DNA of 64,000 nucleotides from Nibricoccus sp. (GTDB lineage: Bacteria > Verrucomicrobiota > Verrucomicrobiia > Opitutales > Opitutaceae): the NCBI GenBank assembly GCA_047602425.1, contig JASGHG010000001.1:2528001-2592000 (forward strand). The letters run 5' to 3'. Under the pieces are notes generated by a model that did no database searches, was not told the origin of the DNA, and worked only from the letters and a program-made list of their open reading frames with translations. Numbering within the stretch: the stretch's first letter is position 1; every line of letters begins with the position of its first letter. A program made the translations under genes and the position numbers. This document shows, piece by piece, positions 1-10,361 of the stretch.

Positions 1-9
1 TGTTGCGGG

Positions 10-1077
10 TCAGGCTTTGCGGCGGCGCCAGTTGATGAACGCCATTACGCTGCGGCTGAGCAAGCCTCCCGGATGGGAGTGAGGAGGAAGTTGGGTTACA
101 TCCTTACCGCCGAAACCGCTTTTGAAGTGATAACCGCCCGGATTGGAGACCGGGTCAATACCGCCAAGATCGTATGCGTTCGCGCCTTGTTGCTTCAACC
201 AGAGCATGGCCTGCCATTGCAGGAAATACGCGGCTTTCAGCTCGCGGGCTTTCTCGTCGGTCGCTCCGAGCAGGTAGATGGCCGTCGTTCCCATGAGAGA
301 GCAAACGAGCGCCCCGATGGCTTGGCCGTCTTTCTTCGCCAAGAAGGTCTGCATCCGGGCCGAACCAATAAGAAGATCCTGCATCCGGCCAAATTCCTCG
401 GGATCGACGGAAGTCTCGAACCGTTTGCGCTCCCACATCCCTTTGTAGAGTTTTAGAAATTCGCCATAGGCCGCCGGGCCATCGCTAACCTCGAGCACGA
501 GGTCGTTTTTTTCCGAGCGGTTGAGCTGATTGCGCCATTTTTGATCGAGGGCTTTGCGCATGGCTTCGGGAGCCGGCGCAAGATCGACCACAACCGTTCG
601 ATAGGAGGAAGTATTGAATTCCGGTGTGATGCCCGCGGCGGTCATGGCTTGGGCATATTCCACGGCTCGGGCTTCGTCGGCAAAGGCGTTGGCGATCACT
701 TTGAGCGAAAGTCCACGACGCTGACCATATTCACGCTGGAGATGGACGAACATCGCGCGGACGACTGCGGCGTCGAGGGGTTGGCCCTTGCGTTGGCAAA
801 GCGGTCCCCAGCGCAAATACGCCACGCCGGCCGGCAAGACCGGGACTCGGGCGATGCGGAGTTGCGCGGCGGCGATGACTTGCCCTTCGCGGCGGAGAAT
901 GAGATGGCTCAGGTTTTGCGCGCCCCACCGAACCGCTCCATAGGCCCAGGATTGATAGATGCTGGCATCCTCGAATTGCTCAAGGATTGCGCTCCAGGAT
1001 TCCAATGTCTGTCCGTCGACCTGCACCTCGATGGTGCTGGCTTGGGATAAAGACGGGCTTACTGGCTGGGTCGGCAT
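10..1077 (-). CDS. FemAB/FemX-like GNAT (peptidoglycan-bridge glycyltransferase fold), EPS-associated
   Basis: Motifs YQSWAYG, YLRWGP, KWRNQLNRS, YDLGGI and FKSGFGG are typical of FemAB-like GNATs; likely start MPTQP at 1077. Confidence 0.75.
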   Translation of the reverse strand: MPTQPVSPSLSQASTIEVQVDGQTLESWSAILEQFEDASIYQSWAYGAVRWGAQNLSHLILRREGQVIAAAQLRIARVPVLPAGVAYLRWGPLCQRKGQPLDAAVVRAMFVHLQREYGQRRGLSLKVIANAFADEARAVEYAQAMTAAGITPEFNTSSYRTVVVDLAPAPEAMRKALDQKWRNQLNRSEKNDLVLEVSDGPAAYGEFLKLYKGMWERKRFETSVDPEEFGRMQDLLIGSARMQTFLAKKDGQAIGALVCSLMGTTAIYLLGATDEKARELKAAYFLQWQAMLWLKQQGANAYDLGGIDPVSNPGGYHFKSGFGGKDVTQLPPHSHPGGLLSRSVMAFINWRRRKA

Positions 1078-1093
1078 TTTTCGAGAAGAGAGG

Positions 1094-1753
1094 TCAGCGG
1101 AGTCGTTTGATGAACTTGCGGGCATTAATCAGCATTTGGGTGCGCAAGCCCGGACCTTTTTGCACAAGTTTGCGAATGGCATCGAGCGACATCGAGCGGG
1201 TGATAGTGGTGCGGGCTTGCAGCCATTGACGCGGCGAGGCGGTTCCACCGTCGCTGGTGAAAACCTTCTGGTAGCCGGCTTGGCGTAGTCCGCTTAACAC
1301 GCGACGATCGTAGGAACCGAAAGGACATGCGGCGCTTTGGATGGATTTGCCGCAGACGTGTTCGAGGGTCTCTTTGCTTTGCGCGAGTTCCTTGTGCAGT
1401 TCGTCCGCAGTTGTTCGCCGCCAGGGAACGTGATTAATTCCGTGGCTGCCGATCTCCATGCCCGCAATTTGTAGTTCAATGACTTGGTTCGGCTTTAAAA
1501 AGGTGGACTGGTCGAGGCGACCGGAACAAATGAAGAAGGTCGCCTTGAGGCCGCGTTTTTGGAGCGCAGGCAAGGCAAGTTCCAGATCGGAAACATTGCC
1601 ATCGTCGAAGGTCAGTTGGATGTGGGATTGTCCGCGCACGAGGTTAAGCACCGTTTCAAAAAATCCCTGGTCCAGCCAGCAGTTGAATTCGCCGGCGTCG
1701 ATCTCGCGCGTGACCGGTCCGACACCGTGGAAATTCAAGATCAGGGGAGACAT
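1094..1753 (-). CDS. Polysaccharide deacetylase (CE4/NodB)
   Basis: LTFDDG, ATFFI, EIGSHGINH, CPFG motifs. Confidence 0.9.
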   Translation of the reverse strand: MSPLILNFHGVGPVTREIDAGEFNCWLDQGFFETVLNLVRGQSHIQLTFDDGNVSDLELALPALQKRGLKATFFICSGRLDQSTFLKPNQVIELQIAGMEIGSHGINHVPWRRTTADELHKELAQSKETLEHVCGKSIQSAACPFGSYDRRVLSGLRQAGYQKVFTSDGGTASPRQWLQARTTITRSMSLDAIRKLVQKGPGLRTQMLINARKFIKRLR

Positions 1754-1796
1754 GGACGAAAGCGTGGCGTGTGTGATGGGTCTGCCGTGATCGCTT

Positions 1797-2672
1797 TCAA
1801 CGGGCGAGGCGAAACAATTTCAGCATGCGTTGTTTTTGTTCGCGATGCAGGAATTTCAACAGCGGGGCCGGCACGTGGCGTTTGCGTTGCCGCAGCAGGG
1901 CGGAGCAATAACCCAGCCACCAGATCAGGCTGCCGAAAAGAAATGGACGCGTGCGGATGCGCGTCAGGCATTTCATGAGTTCGAAAAGCGGATGGTAACC
2001 TATCGCGTAGTCGCGCACTCCAAATTGCCAAAGGCGACGAATCAGCCCTCCCTCGGCGATATTGCGTGGTTTCAAATGATCCATCATCACGTGGGTCAAT
2101 AACCGGGTCTCGTAACCAAGCATGCGTGCACGGGCGCAGGTGAGGGCGTCCCAACCACCTTCGGGAATTGCGACTAGTCCGCCGAGTTCCTCGAAGCAGG
2201 ATCTCCTGAAAAACTGTGCAGCGCCGGGAATGTCTTCGCGGTTTCGCGGAAGTCGATCCTTCGGCGTTCCGATGTCGATCACCACGCCGCCCGTCATGCC
2301 GAGGCGCGGTGACGCTTCGCAGGCTTCGAGTACTTTTTCGAAATAGTCGGGTGCGAAGCGAACGTCGGAATCAAGCAGGCCGATATATTGATAATCCTGG
2401 GTTGTGAGTGTTTTGACGCCGAGTTCCGTGGCGCGGACGACCGCCGCGAAATTTCGTTCCTTGGTGGGAGGCAACGCCAGGAGACGAATCCAAGGATGGG
2501 CGGCGGCGGCGGTGGCGACAATCTCATTGGTGCGGTCCGTGGATCCATCGCTGACGACAATCCATTCGGCCGGGCGTACCGTTTGATTTATCACGGATTC
2601 CAACGTTTCTCCAATCAGCCGCTCTTCGTTTTTGGCCGGGGTGATCAGTACGTAATTGGGATGTTTTTTCAT
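1797..2672 (-). CDS. Glycosyltransferase family 2
   Basis: LITPAKNEE, VSDGSTD, LDSD (DxD) motifs. Confidence 0.9.
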   Translation of the reverse strand: MKKHPNYVLITPAKNEERLIGETLESVINQTVRPAEWIVVSDGSTDRTNEIVATAAAAHPWIRLLALPPTKERNFAAVVRATELGVKTLTTQDYQYIGLLDSDVRFAPDYFEKVLEACEASPRLGMTGGVVIDIGTPKDRLPRNREDIPGAAQFFRRSCFEELGGLVAIPEGGWDALTCARARMLGYETRLLTHVMMDHLKPRNIAEGGLIRRLWQFGVRDYAIGYHPLFELMKCLTRIRTRPFLFGSLIWWLGYCSALLRQRKRHVPAPLLKFLHREQKQRMLKLFRLAR

Positions 2673-2678
2673 GCCGGA

Positions 2679-3536
2679 TCAGCGCCGTCTCAGCTTTTTG
2701 GATACGAGTTGGAAAAGGGAAATCCAATCGTAGGCGCCGGTAAGCTTGGCTTCGAGCAGAGCGCGGTCGTCGGCGTTGTTCACCGGAAGCCGTTTCAGCT
2801 GGAGCAGGTCATCGCCCGGTCTTGCCTGGCCGACGGCGGTGGTCACGCAATTTTCATAGCCGGTCTGCACGAGAGTCTCGCAAAAACGCCGGGCGAAGGC
2901 GACCCTGGCTTGTGGAAAGGCGAAAGGGTAGGCGAAGCTGTGAACCGGCTGTCCCAGTTGCGCTTCAATGGTCGAACGGGATTCGCGCAACTCCGCGGCG
3001 ATCTCGGGCCAGTCGAGGTCCACCAACTTGGGATGGGTGACCGTATGGGAGCCGAACTCCATTCCGGCTTGGTGGAGCTCCTTGACCTCGGTCCAGGTCA
3101 GGCATTCGCGGGACTTGAACGATTTGCGTTCGTCCGCGACGTATCCGGTGGCTAAATACATGGTGGCGGTGAAGCCGAACCTCTTCAAGGAGGGAAACGC
3201 CTCCGTATGGAAATCGCGAAAACCGTCATCGAACGTGATGGCGACGGGCCGGGGCCCGGCCGGCGAATTTCCGGCCAGGAAAGAAAGTCCTTCCTGAAGC
3301 GATACGCCCCGGTATCCGGCGTCTGCCAGCCATTGCATTTGTTCGGCAAACCGTTTCGGGGCCGTGCAGACTTTGTAGTAGGGCGAGAAATCGTGTTCCG
3401 GGTCATCCGAAATGCTGTGATACATCAGGATGGGCAGAAGCCGCGTCTTTGCGGGGGTTCGCAAAAAGCCCCGCAGCCGCACAACCGGCTTCGCGAGGCC
3501 AAGGGTAATCAGACGATCTGGACGAAGCGTGGACAA
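2679..3536 (-). CDS. Polysaccharide deacetylase (IcaB/PgaB-like CE4)
   Basis: ILMYH, ITFDDGF, FGSHTVTH, FAYPF motifs. Confidence 0.9.
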   Translation of the reverse strand: MSTLRPDRLITLGLAKPVVRLRGFLRTPAKTRLLPILMYHSISDDPEHDFSPYYKVCTAPKRFAEQMQWLADAGYRGVSLQEGLSFLAGNSPAGPRPVAITFDDGFRDFHTEAFPSLKRFGFTATMYLATGYVADERKSFKSRECLTWTEVKELHQAGMEFGSHTVTHPKLVDLDWPEIAAELRESRSTIEAQLGQPVHSFAYPFAFPQARVAFARRFCETLVQTGYENCVTTAVGQARPGDDLLQLKRLPVNNADDRALLEAKLTGAYDWISLFQLVSKKLRRR

Positions 3537-3647
3537 TTAAACCTAAAGAAAAATTGGTTTGTGCGAGAATGCTGGGTTGTGCCTCCACCGGCGAAACGGA
3601 GCGGGGGCGCCGGCGTTCACCGGGTCGATGTTCGACGATGCCCCGGC

Positions 3648-5930
3648 CTAGCCTTCGCCAAGGGCGTCGTTGTTCAGAATTTTTGGAACGTAGGTCTTGG
3701 TTTTGTTCAAGACGATGCCGACGGGCGATTTCGATTCGGTCAGCATGTTGCAAGCTTTGGCGGTGGCATCGCGATCGGCTTTTTCCGCTTCGACGACCAT
3801 CAGCATCATATCCATGAAATTCGCCAGTCTGGGCGTGATGCTGATCTGGTTCACTGGCGGCATATCGAAAATAATATAATCGAAGTCGCTCGCCTTGAGT
3901 TTGGGTATGAGCTGGTTGAACCGTTGCGGCATGCCTTTGGCCAGACGTTCGCTGTTTGAATCCTCAGACACGACGTAGAGGTTGGTGTTGACCAGGGCGG
4001 AATCCTTCGTTTCCAGCATTTGTTCAAGGCCGACTCGTGCGCTTCCTTTGTGGAAATGCTGTGCGGAACCCTGGCCTTTGGTCATATCGACAAGAAGCAC
4101 ATTTCCCTCGCCAGTTTCGGAAAAGCTGCGGGCAAGTCCGGCGGCGATCGTGGTGATGCCGCTATTTTTCCCGAGGCCCGTGACTGCGACGAGCTTGGGC
4201 TTGTGCCGCACGTCGAGGGTGTCGAAGTAGTTAATCAGCCGGTCCCGCAGTGTTTCATAAAACGGACTGAGGGCTGGCTCGTCTCCATTGGCGCGAACGG
4301 CGAGCGTGGCGGGAGGCGTTTCTGACGACCCCGCTTTGCCGGAGGGCGGAAGCAAAAGTTTGGTGGTGGCACCTCCGACAAGGCTGACTCCTTTCGCCTT
4401 CATCCTGGGGATTGAGAGGAAAAGAGGAAGTTTGAGCGTGCGCTCAATGTCGGAGGAGCGGCGGATGGAACGGTCGATAAACAATTCGATCAAGAAGGCC
4501 CAACCAAGACCTATCGCTATGCCACCGCCGGCGAGGCCGGCCAGAATCTTGGATTTCTTTTTCCAGTCCTTAAAGGGGCGGGTGGGGGCCTCGATCATGC
4601 TGATGTTGGAAACCCGTCCGCTGCCGAGGGTCTCCTTGATGCGAGCCTGTTCAAGGCTGTCGGAATAGTAGCGGTAATTGGCTTCCTCGCGATCCCGGCG
4701 GCGGCGCAATTCGAGGATCGATGTTTCAAACTGGTCGACTTTTGCGGCTTCGGTCCGAACGGCTTCAAGCTGGTTGTTCAGCTCGTTGATCCGTGACTGA
4801 AGGGCGACGATCTGGGCGGCTTCGGCGTTCGGATCGTACGTGTTGGCTGACACCGTGGCCGGCGACGCCGTTCCGGAGGATGTCCGGAGCAGGGCGGGAT
4901 AGTCGGCTTCGAGCTTTTTGCGCCGCTCCTCGAGCTCGGCCTGCTGGGCGCGGACTTCTTGGACCATGGAGCTTTGTTCGGTATAGTTCGCGCGGAGAGC
5001 CTCCTCACGCTGGCGAAGCGAGGCGAGCAGGGCCAAGGTTTTTTGGTGTGCCTCGACTTGGTCGGCGGGGACGGTCTGGGGCTTCCACTCGGAGGCGGGC
5101 GTGGTACTGTCCTTGGTCAGTTCCTTGAGGATGGATGTGCGCTGGGCGAGGTCGGCTTTGAGATCGTTGATCTGCTGGCGGAGGCGGGCGGCCTGGTCGG
5201 CGAGGGTTTTCTTGGATTCTTCCAGCGAGATGACGCCGGCTTTTTTCATGGCTTGCCGTAATTCCTCCTCGGTCTGGTTCAGGCGTGCGCGAAGCTGGTC
5301 TGTTTCCTGCGAGAGGAAATCGCCCACGATGCCGACAGCTTGGTGGATGGAGACGTGTTTTTTAAGATAGCTGCCAATGATTTCCCGCAGCACGTTCTGG
5401 GTGACAGTGGGATTGGTGTGGCGGTAGACGAGACGTATGACGCTGCTTTTGGGTGGAACCTCGGTGGTTAGACCGTTGTTCACGACAAAGGCGGCGACGG
5501 CGACGGGATCGCCATTCACAGGACCGGAAATAATTTTATCCGCGCCGACGGCTCGCACGACCTCCTCGGCGAGATCCATGCTGTTCAGAATTTCCAGTTC
5601 GGACGTAATGATGGTTTCGCCGCGCTGGTCGGGAGATTTGATGACAGTGTCGTCGCGTCCCGGCCCGGTGGTTTTGCCGTCCTCGGAAACGACATAGCGG
5701 ATGAAAAGCTTCGCCTCCGATTGGAAAGGCGGTGGGCTCATCGTGTACATTGCCGCCGCGAGTCCAAAGCCCAACAACGAGCACAGGATGATTTTCCACT
5801 TATGGCGGAACAGCGTGTAATAGATATCCCCGATGCTCAGGCTCAACCCTGACTGTGGCGCGGCGCCGGGTCGGATCGACGAAGGGGTGCGGTTGACGAG
5901 ACGAGGTTCGGGTGAAGTAGAAGTGGGCAC
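3648..5930 (-). CDS. Wzc/GumC-like polysaccharide co-polymerase with degenerate BY-kinase domain
   Basis: Two TM helices flank a coiled-coil periplasmic region; C-terminal VLLVD and YIIFDMPP motifs. Confidence 0.85.
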   Translation of the reverse strand: MPTSTSPEPRLVNRTPSSIRPGAAPQSGLSLSIGDIYYTLFRHKWKIILCSLLGFGLAAAMYTMSPPPFQSEAKLFIRYVVSEDGKTTGPGRDDTVIKSPDQRGETIITSELEILNSMDLAEEVVRAVGADKIISGPVNGDPVAVAAFVVNNGLTTEVPPKSSVIRLVYRHTNPTVTQNVLREIIGSYLKKHVSIHQAVGIVGDFLSQETDQLRARLNQTEEELRQAMKKAGVISLEESKKTLADQAARLRQQINDLKADLAQRTSILKELTKDSTTPASEWKPQTVPADQVEAHQKTLALLASLRQREEALRANYTEQSSMVQEVRAQQAELEERRKKLEADYPALLRTSSGTASPATVSANTYDPNAEAAQIVALQSRINELNNQLEAVRTEAAKVDQFETSILELRRRRDREEANYRYYSDSLEQARIKETLGSGRVSNISMIEAPTRPFKDWKKKSKILAGLAGGGIAIGLGWAFLIELFIDRSIRRSSDIERTLKLPLFLSIPRMKAKGVSLVGGATTKLLLPPSGKAGSSETPPATLAVRANGDEPALSPFYETLRDRLINYFDTLDVRHKPKLVAVTGLGKNSGITTIAAGLARSFSETGEGNVLLVDMTKGQGSAQHFHKGSARVGLEQMLETKDSALVNTNLYVVSEDSNSERLAKGMPQRFNQLIPKLKASDFDYIIFDMPPVNQISITPRLANFMDMMLMVVEAEKADRDATAKACNMLTESKSPVGIVLNKTKTYVPKILNNDALGEG

Positions 5931-6135
5931 GGTGGAGGGGGATGCAGGTTAGGGGCAGCGTTGGCGCCGATGCATCTTTGGCGGGTTATGTCAGGCAGTT
6001 TGGCGGTAGGAAAAGGCTTGGCGCGCATGTGGCGCCAGAGCAGCCTCGGTTCCTCCCGATGTCGGGTCCATTTTGTTGTGGGTTAATGTCACCTTGGCTT
6101 GGAGCATACCACATTTTCAAAATCTTGCGATTGGC

Positions 6136-6147
6136 TACGCTGCCGCC
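6136..6147 (-). promoter_or_regulatory. ops-like element (GGCGGCAGCGTA) upstream of the wzc-like gene
   Basis: Resembles ops GGCGGTAGnnTG; lies on the non-template strand of an RfaH-led operon; a second copy is at 10362. Confidence 0.45.
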
Positions 6148-6286
6148 AAGCCCGAATTCTTTGCCGATGGGTTCGGAAATCGGGTGAGTTTGCACTCCGT
6201 GAAAGGTCTTTGGGGCCTCCATTCAGCCCCGATAAAACTCGAAATTCTGAAAAAGAGGCCAACCGCTAACCGGCGACGCCGGATAA

Positions 6287-7402
6287 TCAGCTTCCAAGAA
6301 CCGCTTTCAAGGCGGAGGCCACCGCGTCGGTTTGCTGGTCGGTGAGCTCCGGGTACATCGGAAGCGAGAGGAAGGTATCGCCGCAGGATTCGCTGACGGG
6401 GAAATCGCCCTTTTTGTAGCCGAGGTGGGCGTAGGCTTCCTGAAGGTGTACGGGGACCGGGTAATGAATGCCGCAACTGATGCCGCGTTCGCCCATGGCC
6501 TTGAGGACCTCGTCGCGATTTTGCAGACGAAGAGCGTAGACGTGGTAAATATGGTGGCGACCGGGCAGTTCGACCGGAAGCGTGAGGCCTTTGACGCCAG
6601 CAAGGAGCTGGTTGTAGCGGGCGGCGGCGCGACGGCGCCCGTCGTTGGCCTTGTCGAGATACTTCAATTTAACGCGAAGGACGGCGGCTTGCAGGCCGTC
6701 CATGCGCCCATTCCAACCAATGACGTCGTGGTAATATTTCTTTTTCTGACCGTGCTCACGGAGCATTTTCATGCGGTCGGCGAGGGCAGCGTCATCCGTG
6801 GTGACGGCGCCGGCTTCGCCCCACGCACCAAGGTTCTTGCCGGGATAGAAACTGAAGGAACCGGCTGCGCCGATCGTGCCAGCCTTGCGGCCCTTGTAGA
6901 GGGCACCCTGGGCTTGGGCGGCGTCCTCGATCACATGCAAATTATGCTTTTTTGCGATGGCGAGGATCGGGTCCATGTCGGCGCACTGGCCGAAGAGGTG
7001 CACGGGCATGATGGCCTTCGTGCGGGGAGTGACGGCAGCCTCGATCTTGGCGGTATCGAGCGTATAGGAAACGGGATCGATGTCGACGAAGACGGGCTTG
7101 GCGCCGGAGTAGCTGATGGCTTCGGCCGTGGCCATGAACGTCATGGGCGCGGTGATGACCTCGTCGCCTTGGCCGATGCCGAGGGCAAGGAGCGCAAACC
7201 ACAGGGTATCGGTGCCATTGCCGGCACCGACGCAGAACTTGGAGCCGCAATATTTCGCGTAGTCCTCCTCGAACTTGGCGACAAACGGACCGCCAGCGAA
7301 GGCGTTGGTATCGATGACCTCGTTCATCGCGGCCATGACTTCGGCGCGGATCGGGTCGTGATGAGCTTTGAGATCGAGGAACGGAACTTTAACGTTTTGC
7401 AT
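6287..7402 (-). CDS. DegT/DnrJ/EryC1/StrS sugar aminotransferase (WbpE-like)
   Basis: [25 protein letters not shown] (PLP lysine), LSLPMYP. Confidence 0.95.
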   Translation of the reverse strand: MQNVKVPFLDLKAHHDPIRAEVMAAMNEVIDTNAFAGGPFVAKFEEDYAKYCGSKFCVGAGNGTDTLWFALLALGIGQGDEVITAPMTFMATAEAISYSGAKPVFVDIDPVSYTLDTAKIEAAVTPRTKAIMPVHLFGQCADMDPILAIAKKHNLHVIEDAAQAQGALYKGRKAGTIGAAGSFSFYPGKNLGAWGEAGAVTTDDAALADRMKMLREHGQKKKYYHDVIGWNGRMDGLQAAVLRVKLKYLDKANDGRRRAAARYNQLLAGVKGLTLPVELPGRHHIYHVYALRLQNRDEVLKAMGERGISCGIHYPVPVHLQEAYAHLGYKKGDFPVSESCGDTFLSLPMYPELTDQQTDAVASALKAVLGS

Positions 7403-7886
7403 CGAGAGTTTTGATTACGCGCGCGGGATTGCCAACAACGACGGCGTTGGCCGGGACATCCTTGGTGACAACACTTCCGGCACCGATCAACGCATTTTCG
7501 CCAATCGTTATGCCGCAGAGGATGGTTGCGTTGGAACCGATTGAGGCGCCGCGTTTGATGAGCGTTTTAATGCAGGTCCAGTCGGCCTCCGTCTGGAGTT
7601 TGCCGCCGGCGGCGGTGGCCCGGGGAAAAAGATCGTTGGTGAACATCACGCCGTGGCCGACAAAAACCTCGTCTTCAATCTCAACGCCTTCGCAGATGAA
7701 ACTGTGGCTGGAGATCTTGCAGCGGCGGCCGATTTTCGAGCCTTTTTGAACCTCCACGAACGTGCCGATCTTGGTTTCGTCGCCAATTTCGCAGCCATAG
7801 AGATTGGTGAAGGCGAAGATTTTAACGTCTTTGCCGAGCTTGACGGAGGGCGCTATCAACTGGTTGGGCGTCGATGGTTGGCTCAT
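7389..7886 (-). CDS. Hexapeptide-repeat N-acetyltransferase (WbpD-like)
   Basis: Left-handed beta-helix repeats; [15 protein letters not shown]...GNPAR. Confidence 0.9.
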   Translation of the reverse strand: MSQPSTPNQLIAPSVKLGKDVKIFAFTNLYGCEIGDETKIGTFVEVQKGSKIGRRCKISSHSFICEGVEIEDEVFVGHGVMFTNDLFPRATAAGGKLQTEADWTCIKTLIKRGASIGSNATILCGITIGENALIGAGSVVTKDVPANAVVVGNPARVIKTLDAKR

Positions 7887-7940
7887 GGCAATAAACGTGT
7901 ATTACCTTTCGGTCGATGCACAGAAGGCTGGCAATGCGGC

Positions 7941-8987
7941 TTAGCGGGCCGCAACCAATTTTTCAGCCGGCGCGAATTCCACTGCGGCGCCACCCAGCTT
8001 GAGGGACTCGGAAGAAGCCTCAAGGATGCGAACGACCTCCAGGCCTTTTTGTCCGCTGGTGATCGGCGTAGTACCATTCTTGATACAATCGAGGAAGTGC
8101 TGACACTCGGTTTTGAGCGGTTCGTCCTGCTTGATGTACGGGGCGTAAATGTCGCCATAATGATAGGCGTAGTGAAATTCGGCGAAAGTATCGTAGTGGG
8201 GCGGACGTTCGACGCGGGCGTCGAAGATCTTGATTTTTTCCTGCGGCATCAGGTCATCGTAAACAATCATGCGCTTGCTACCCACGATGGTCATTTCACG
8301 AACCTTGCGCGGATCAAGCCAGCTGCTCTGAATGATGGCGGAACGCTCTTTCGAGAATTGCAGGTACATCGTGGTAACATCCTCGATGCCGCGGGTGACG
8401 TGCGCGGTGCCGTTGCAATTGATGGTCTTGGGTTGTTCGCCCAGGATGTAGAGAATGACAGAGATGTCGTGCGGCGCGAGATCCCAAGCGACGTTGATGT
8501 CTTTTTGGAAGAGGCCGAGATTGAGGCGGCGGGCACTGATGTAGCGGATTTCGCCGATGTCGCCGGAATCGACGATTTCTTTGATCTTACGAACGGGCGG
8601 CGAATAGAGGAAAGTGTGGCCAACCATTAGGATCACGCCTTTGGCCTTGGCGATATCGATGAGCTCCTCGCATTCCGCGGTCGAGGCGGCGAGGGGCTTT
8701 TCGATCATAACGTGTTTGCCGGCGTTCAGCGCGGCCTTGGCCATTGGATAGTGAAAGCGAACGGAAGTGGCGATGACGATGGCATCGTGGTTGTTGCCCT
8801 CGAGCATGCGATCGTAGTTGGTCTCGCAGCCAACTTCGGGGTAAAGACCCTTGAGGTGCTTCAAACGCGCCTCGCTGATGTCGCACATCGTCTTGAGCTG
8901 GCAGTCTTGGAGCGAACGGAAGTTACGAATAAGGTTTGGGCCCCAGTAGCCGCAACCGACGACGCCGAGCTTTATGCCAGTCTTCAT
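7941..8987 (-). CDS. Gfo/Idh/MocA NAD-dependent oxidoreductase (WbpB-like)
   Basis: GCGYWG, EKP, WDLAPHD motifs. Confidence 0.9.
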   Translation of the reverse strand: MKTGIKLGVVGCGYWGPNLIRNFRSLQDCQLKTMCDISEARLKHLKGLYPEVGCETNYDRMLEGNNHDAIVIATSVRFHYPMAKAALNAGKHVMIEKPLAASTAECEELIDIAKAKGVILMVGHTFLYSPPVRKIKEIVDSGDIGEIRYISARRLNLGLFQKDINVAWDLAPHDISVILYILGEQPKTINCNGTAHVTRGIEDVTTMYLQFSKERSAIIQSSWLDPRKVREMTIVGSKRMIVYDDLMPQEKIKIFDARVERPPHYDTFAEFHYAYHYGDIYAPYIKQDEPLKTECQHFLDCIKNGTTPITSGQKGLEVVRILEASSESLKLGGAAVEFAPAEKLVAAR

Positions 8988-9028
8988 GTAGTAGTATTAA
9001 GAGTTAGTTGAAAAAAGGAGAGGACGGA

Positions 9029-9790
9029 TCAGACGGTGCTAAGCTGGGCGTTGGAGACGCTGGAGTTTTGCGTGGCGGCCGGTTGTGTCGTGGTGGCGGC
9101 GACGGGAGCGGCTTTGCGGCTCAAGCGAGTCTCGATCACTTGCTGGAAGAGGGCGGGGCCGGTCATGAGCATGATCTTGAGATCGAGCCACAGCGACTTC
9201 TGGTGAGCGTATTTGATGTCCAAGTAGATCATTTCGCTGAAGGTGGTTTTGTTTTTACCGCTGACCTGCCAGAGGCCGGTCAAACCGGGGACGGACGCGA
9301 AACGGCGCTTTTGCACGATGGTGTAGTTCTCGTATTCGTAGGGAATGCAAGGACGCGGACCGACGAGGCTCATCTCGCCGCGGAGGACGTTAATGAGCTG
9401 AGGCAGTTCATCGAGGCCGGTGGCGCGCAGAATCCAGCCGCCGGGAATGAGGCGGGAATCCTTCTTGGTGTCCATCTTCACCATCGGAGCATTGGAGCCG
9501 ATCAGTTCCTTGAGGTAGGCCTGATGGGTGTTGGTCTCCGCGTTCATTTTCATGGTGCGGAATTTGTAGCAAAGGAACGTTTTGCCGCGGAGGCCGACGC
9601 GGGTTTGTTTGAAGAGCACGGGGCCGGGAGAGCTGATTTTGGTGATCACCGCAATGATGGTGACCAGCGGTAACAGCAAGGGGAACGCGGCGACGCAGCA
9701 TGCGATATCGAGTGCGCGCTTCCAAGTGGGGGAGGGGTTCCCGATCGGTTCGCAGAGGTCGGGTTGGACTGTTTGGATCTCGGAGTTCAT
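9029..9790 (-). CDS. Priming sugar transferase (bacterial sugar transferase, PGT)
   Basis: KRALD, YKFRTM, LDELPQLINVLRGEMSLVGPRP, PGLTGLWQV. Confidence 0.93.
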   Translation of the reverse strand: MNSEIQTVQPDLCEPIGNPSPTWKRALDIACCVAAFPLLLPLVTIIAVITKISSPGPVLFKQTRVGLRGKTFLCYKFRTMKMNAETNTHQAYLKELIGSNAPMVKMDTKKDSRLIPGGWILRATGLDELPQLINVLRGEMSLVGPRPCIPYEYENYTIVQKRRFASVPGLTGLWQVSGKNKTTFSEMIYLDIKYAHQKSLWLDLKIMLMTGPALFQQVIETRLSRKAAPVAATTTQPAATQNSSVSNAQLSTV

Positions 9791-9834
9791 GATGCGAATT
9801 TTGTGTAGTTAAATCTTAGGGTTTATTGAGTGGA

Positions 9835-10332
9835 TCAGATGGCCTTTGCCAGGAGGCTGCGGTCGATCGTCAGGCGCGCGTCGCAGCCGAGGATCGAAAG
9901 CAGAACGGCGACGCGTTCGCGGTCGTTGTGTGCGTCGAGGATGACGGCATGGAGGCCCTGCATGGGCCCGAAAGTGATTTCAACCTGTTCGCCAGCGGAG
10001 AACGCCGAGGCGGGGCTCGGAAGGGCGTTGCTTTCGGCCCAGGCCTTGATCTGAGCGATCAATTGCTCATCGACCCGGGCGGGCTGGGCACCGAAGCTGA
10101 CGAGATCGATGACATCGCGCGCATAACGGACGGCGCGGTAATCGGTGGTGAGGTCGCAACGGCAGAAAAGGTAGCGCGGGAAAAGCGGCTCCACGACTTC
10201 GCGGCGTACGCGGCGAATGGTTTTGTGAAGACGAATGGTTGGGAAATAGACCTCGAGGCCGAGGAAGGTGCTGAGTTGTTCAGCGACGAATTGTTCCCTC
10301 TGCGGACGGGTGTGGATGCAGTACCAGTTCAT
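9835..10332 (-). CDS. RfaH/NusG-family transcription antiterminator
   Basis: WYCIHT...E, PLFPRYLF (NGN domain), KOW GEQVEITFGP; first gene of the EPS operon. Confidence 0.88.
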   Translation of the reverse strand: MNWYCIHTRPQREQFVAEQLSTFLGLEVYFPTIRLHKTIRRVRREVVEPLFPRYLFCRCDLTTDYRAVRYARDVIDLVSFGAQPARVDEQLIAQIKAWAESNALPSPASAFSAGEQVEITFGPMQGLHAVILDAHNDRERVAVLLSILGCDARLTIDRSLLAKAI

Positions 10333-10361
10333 TGGGGTAGCTGTGAGGGGTTTTGTCCGGC

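Noticed and set aside
6002..6009. Canonical ops core GGCGGTAG
   Set aside because: It is on the plus strand, the wrong orientation for the minus-strand operon, and lacks the nnTG ending.
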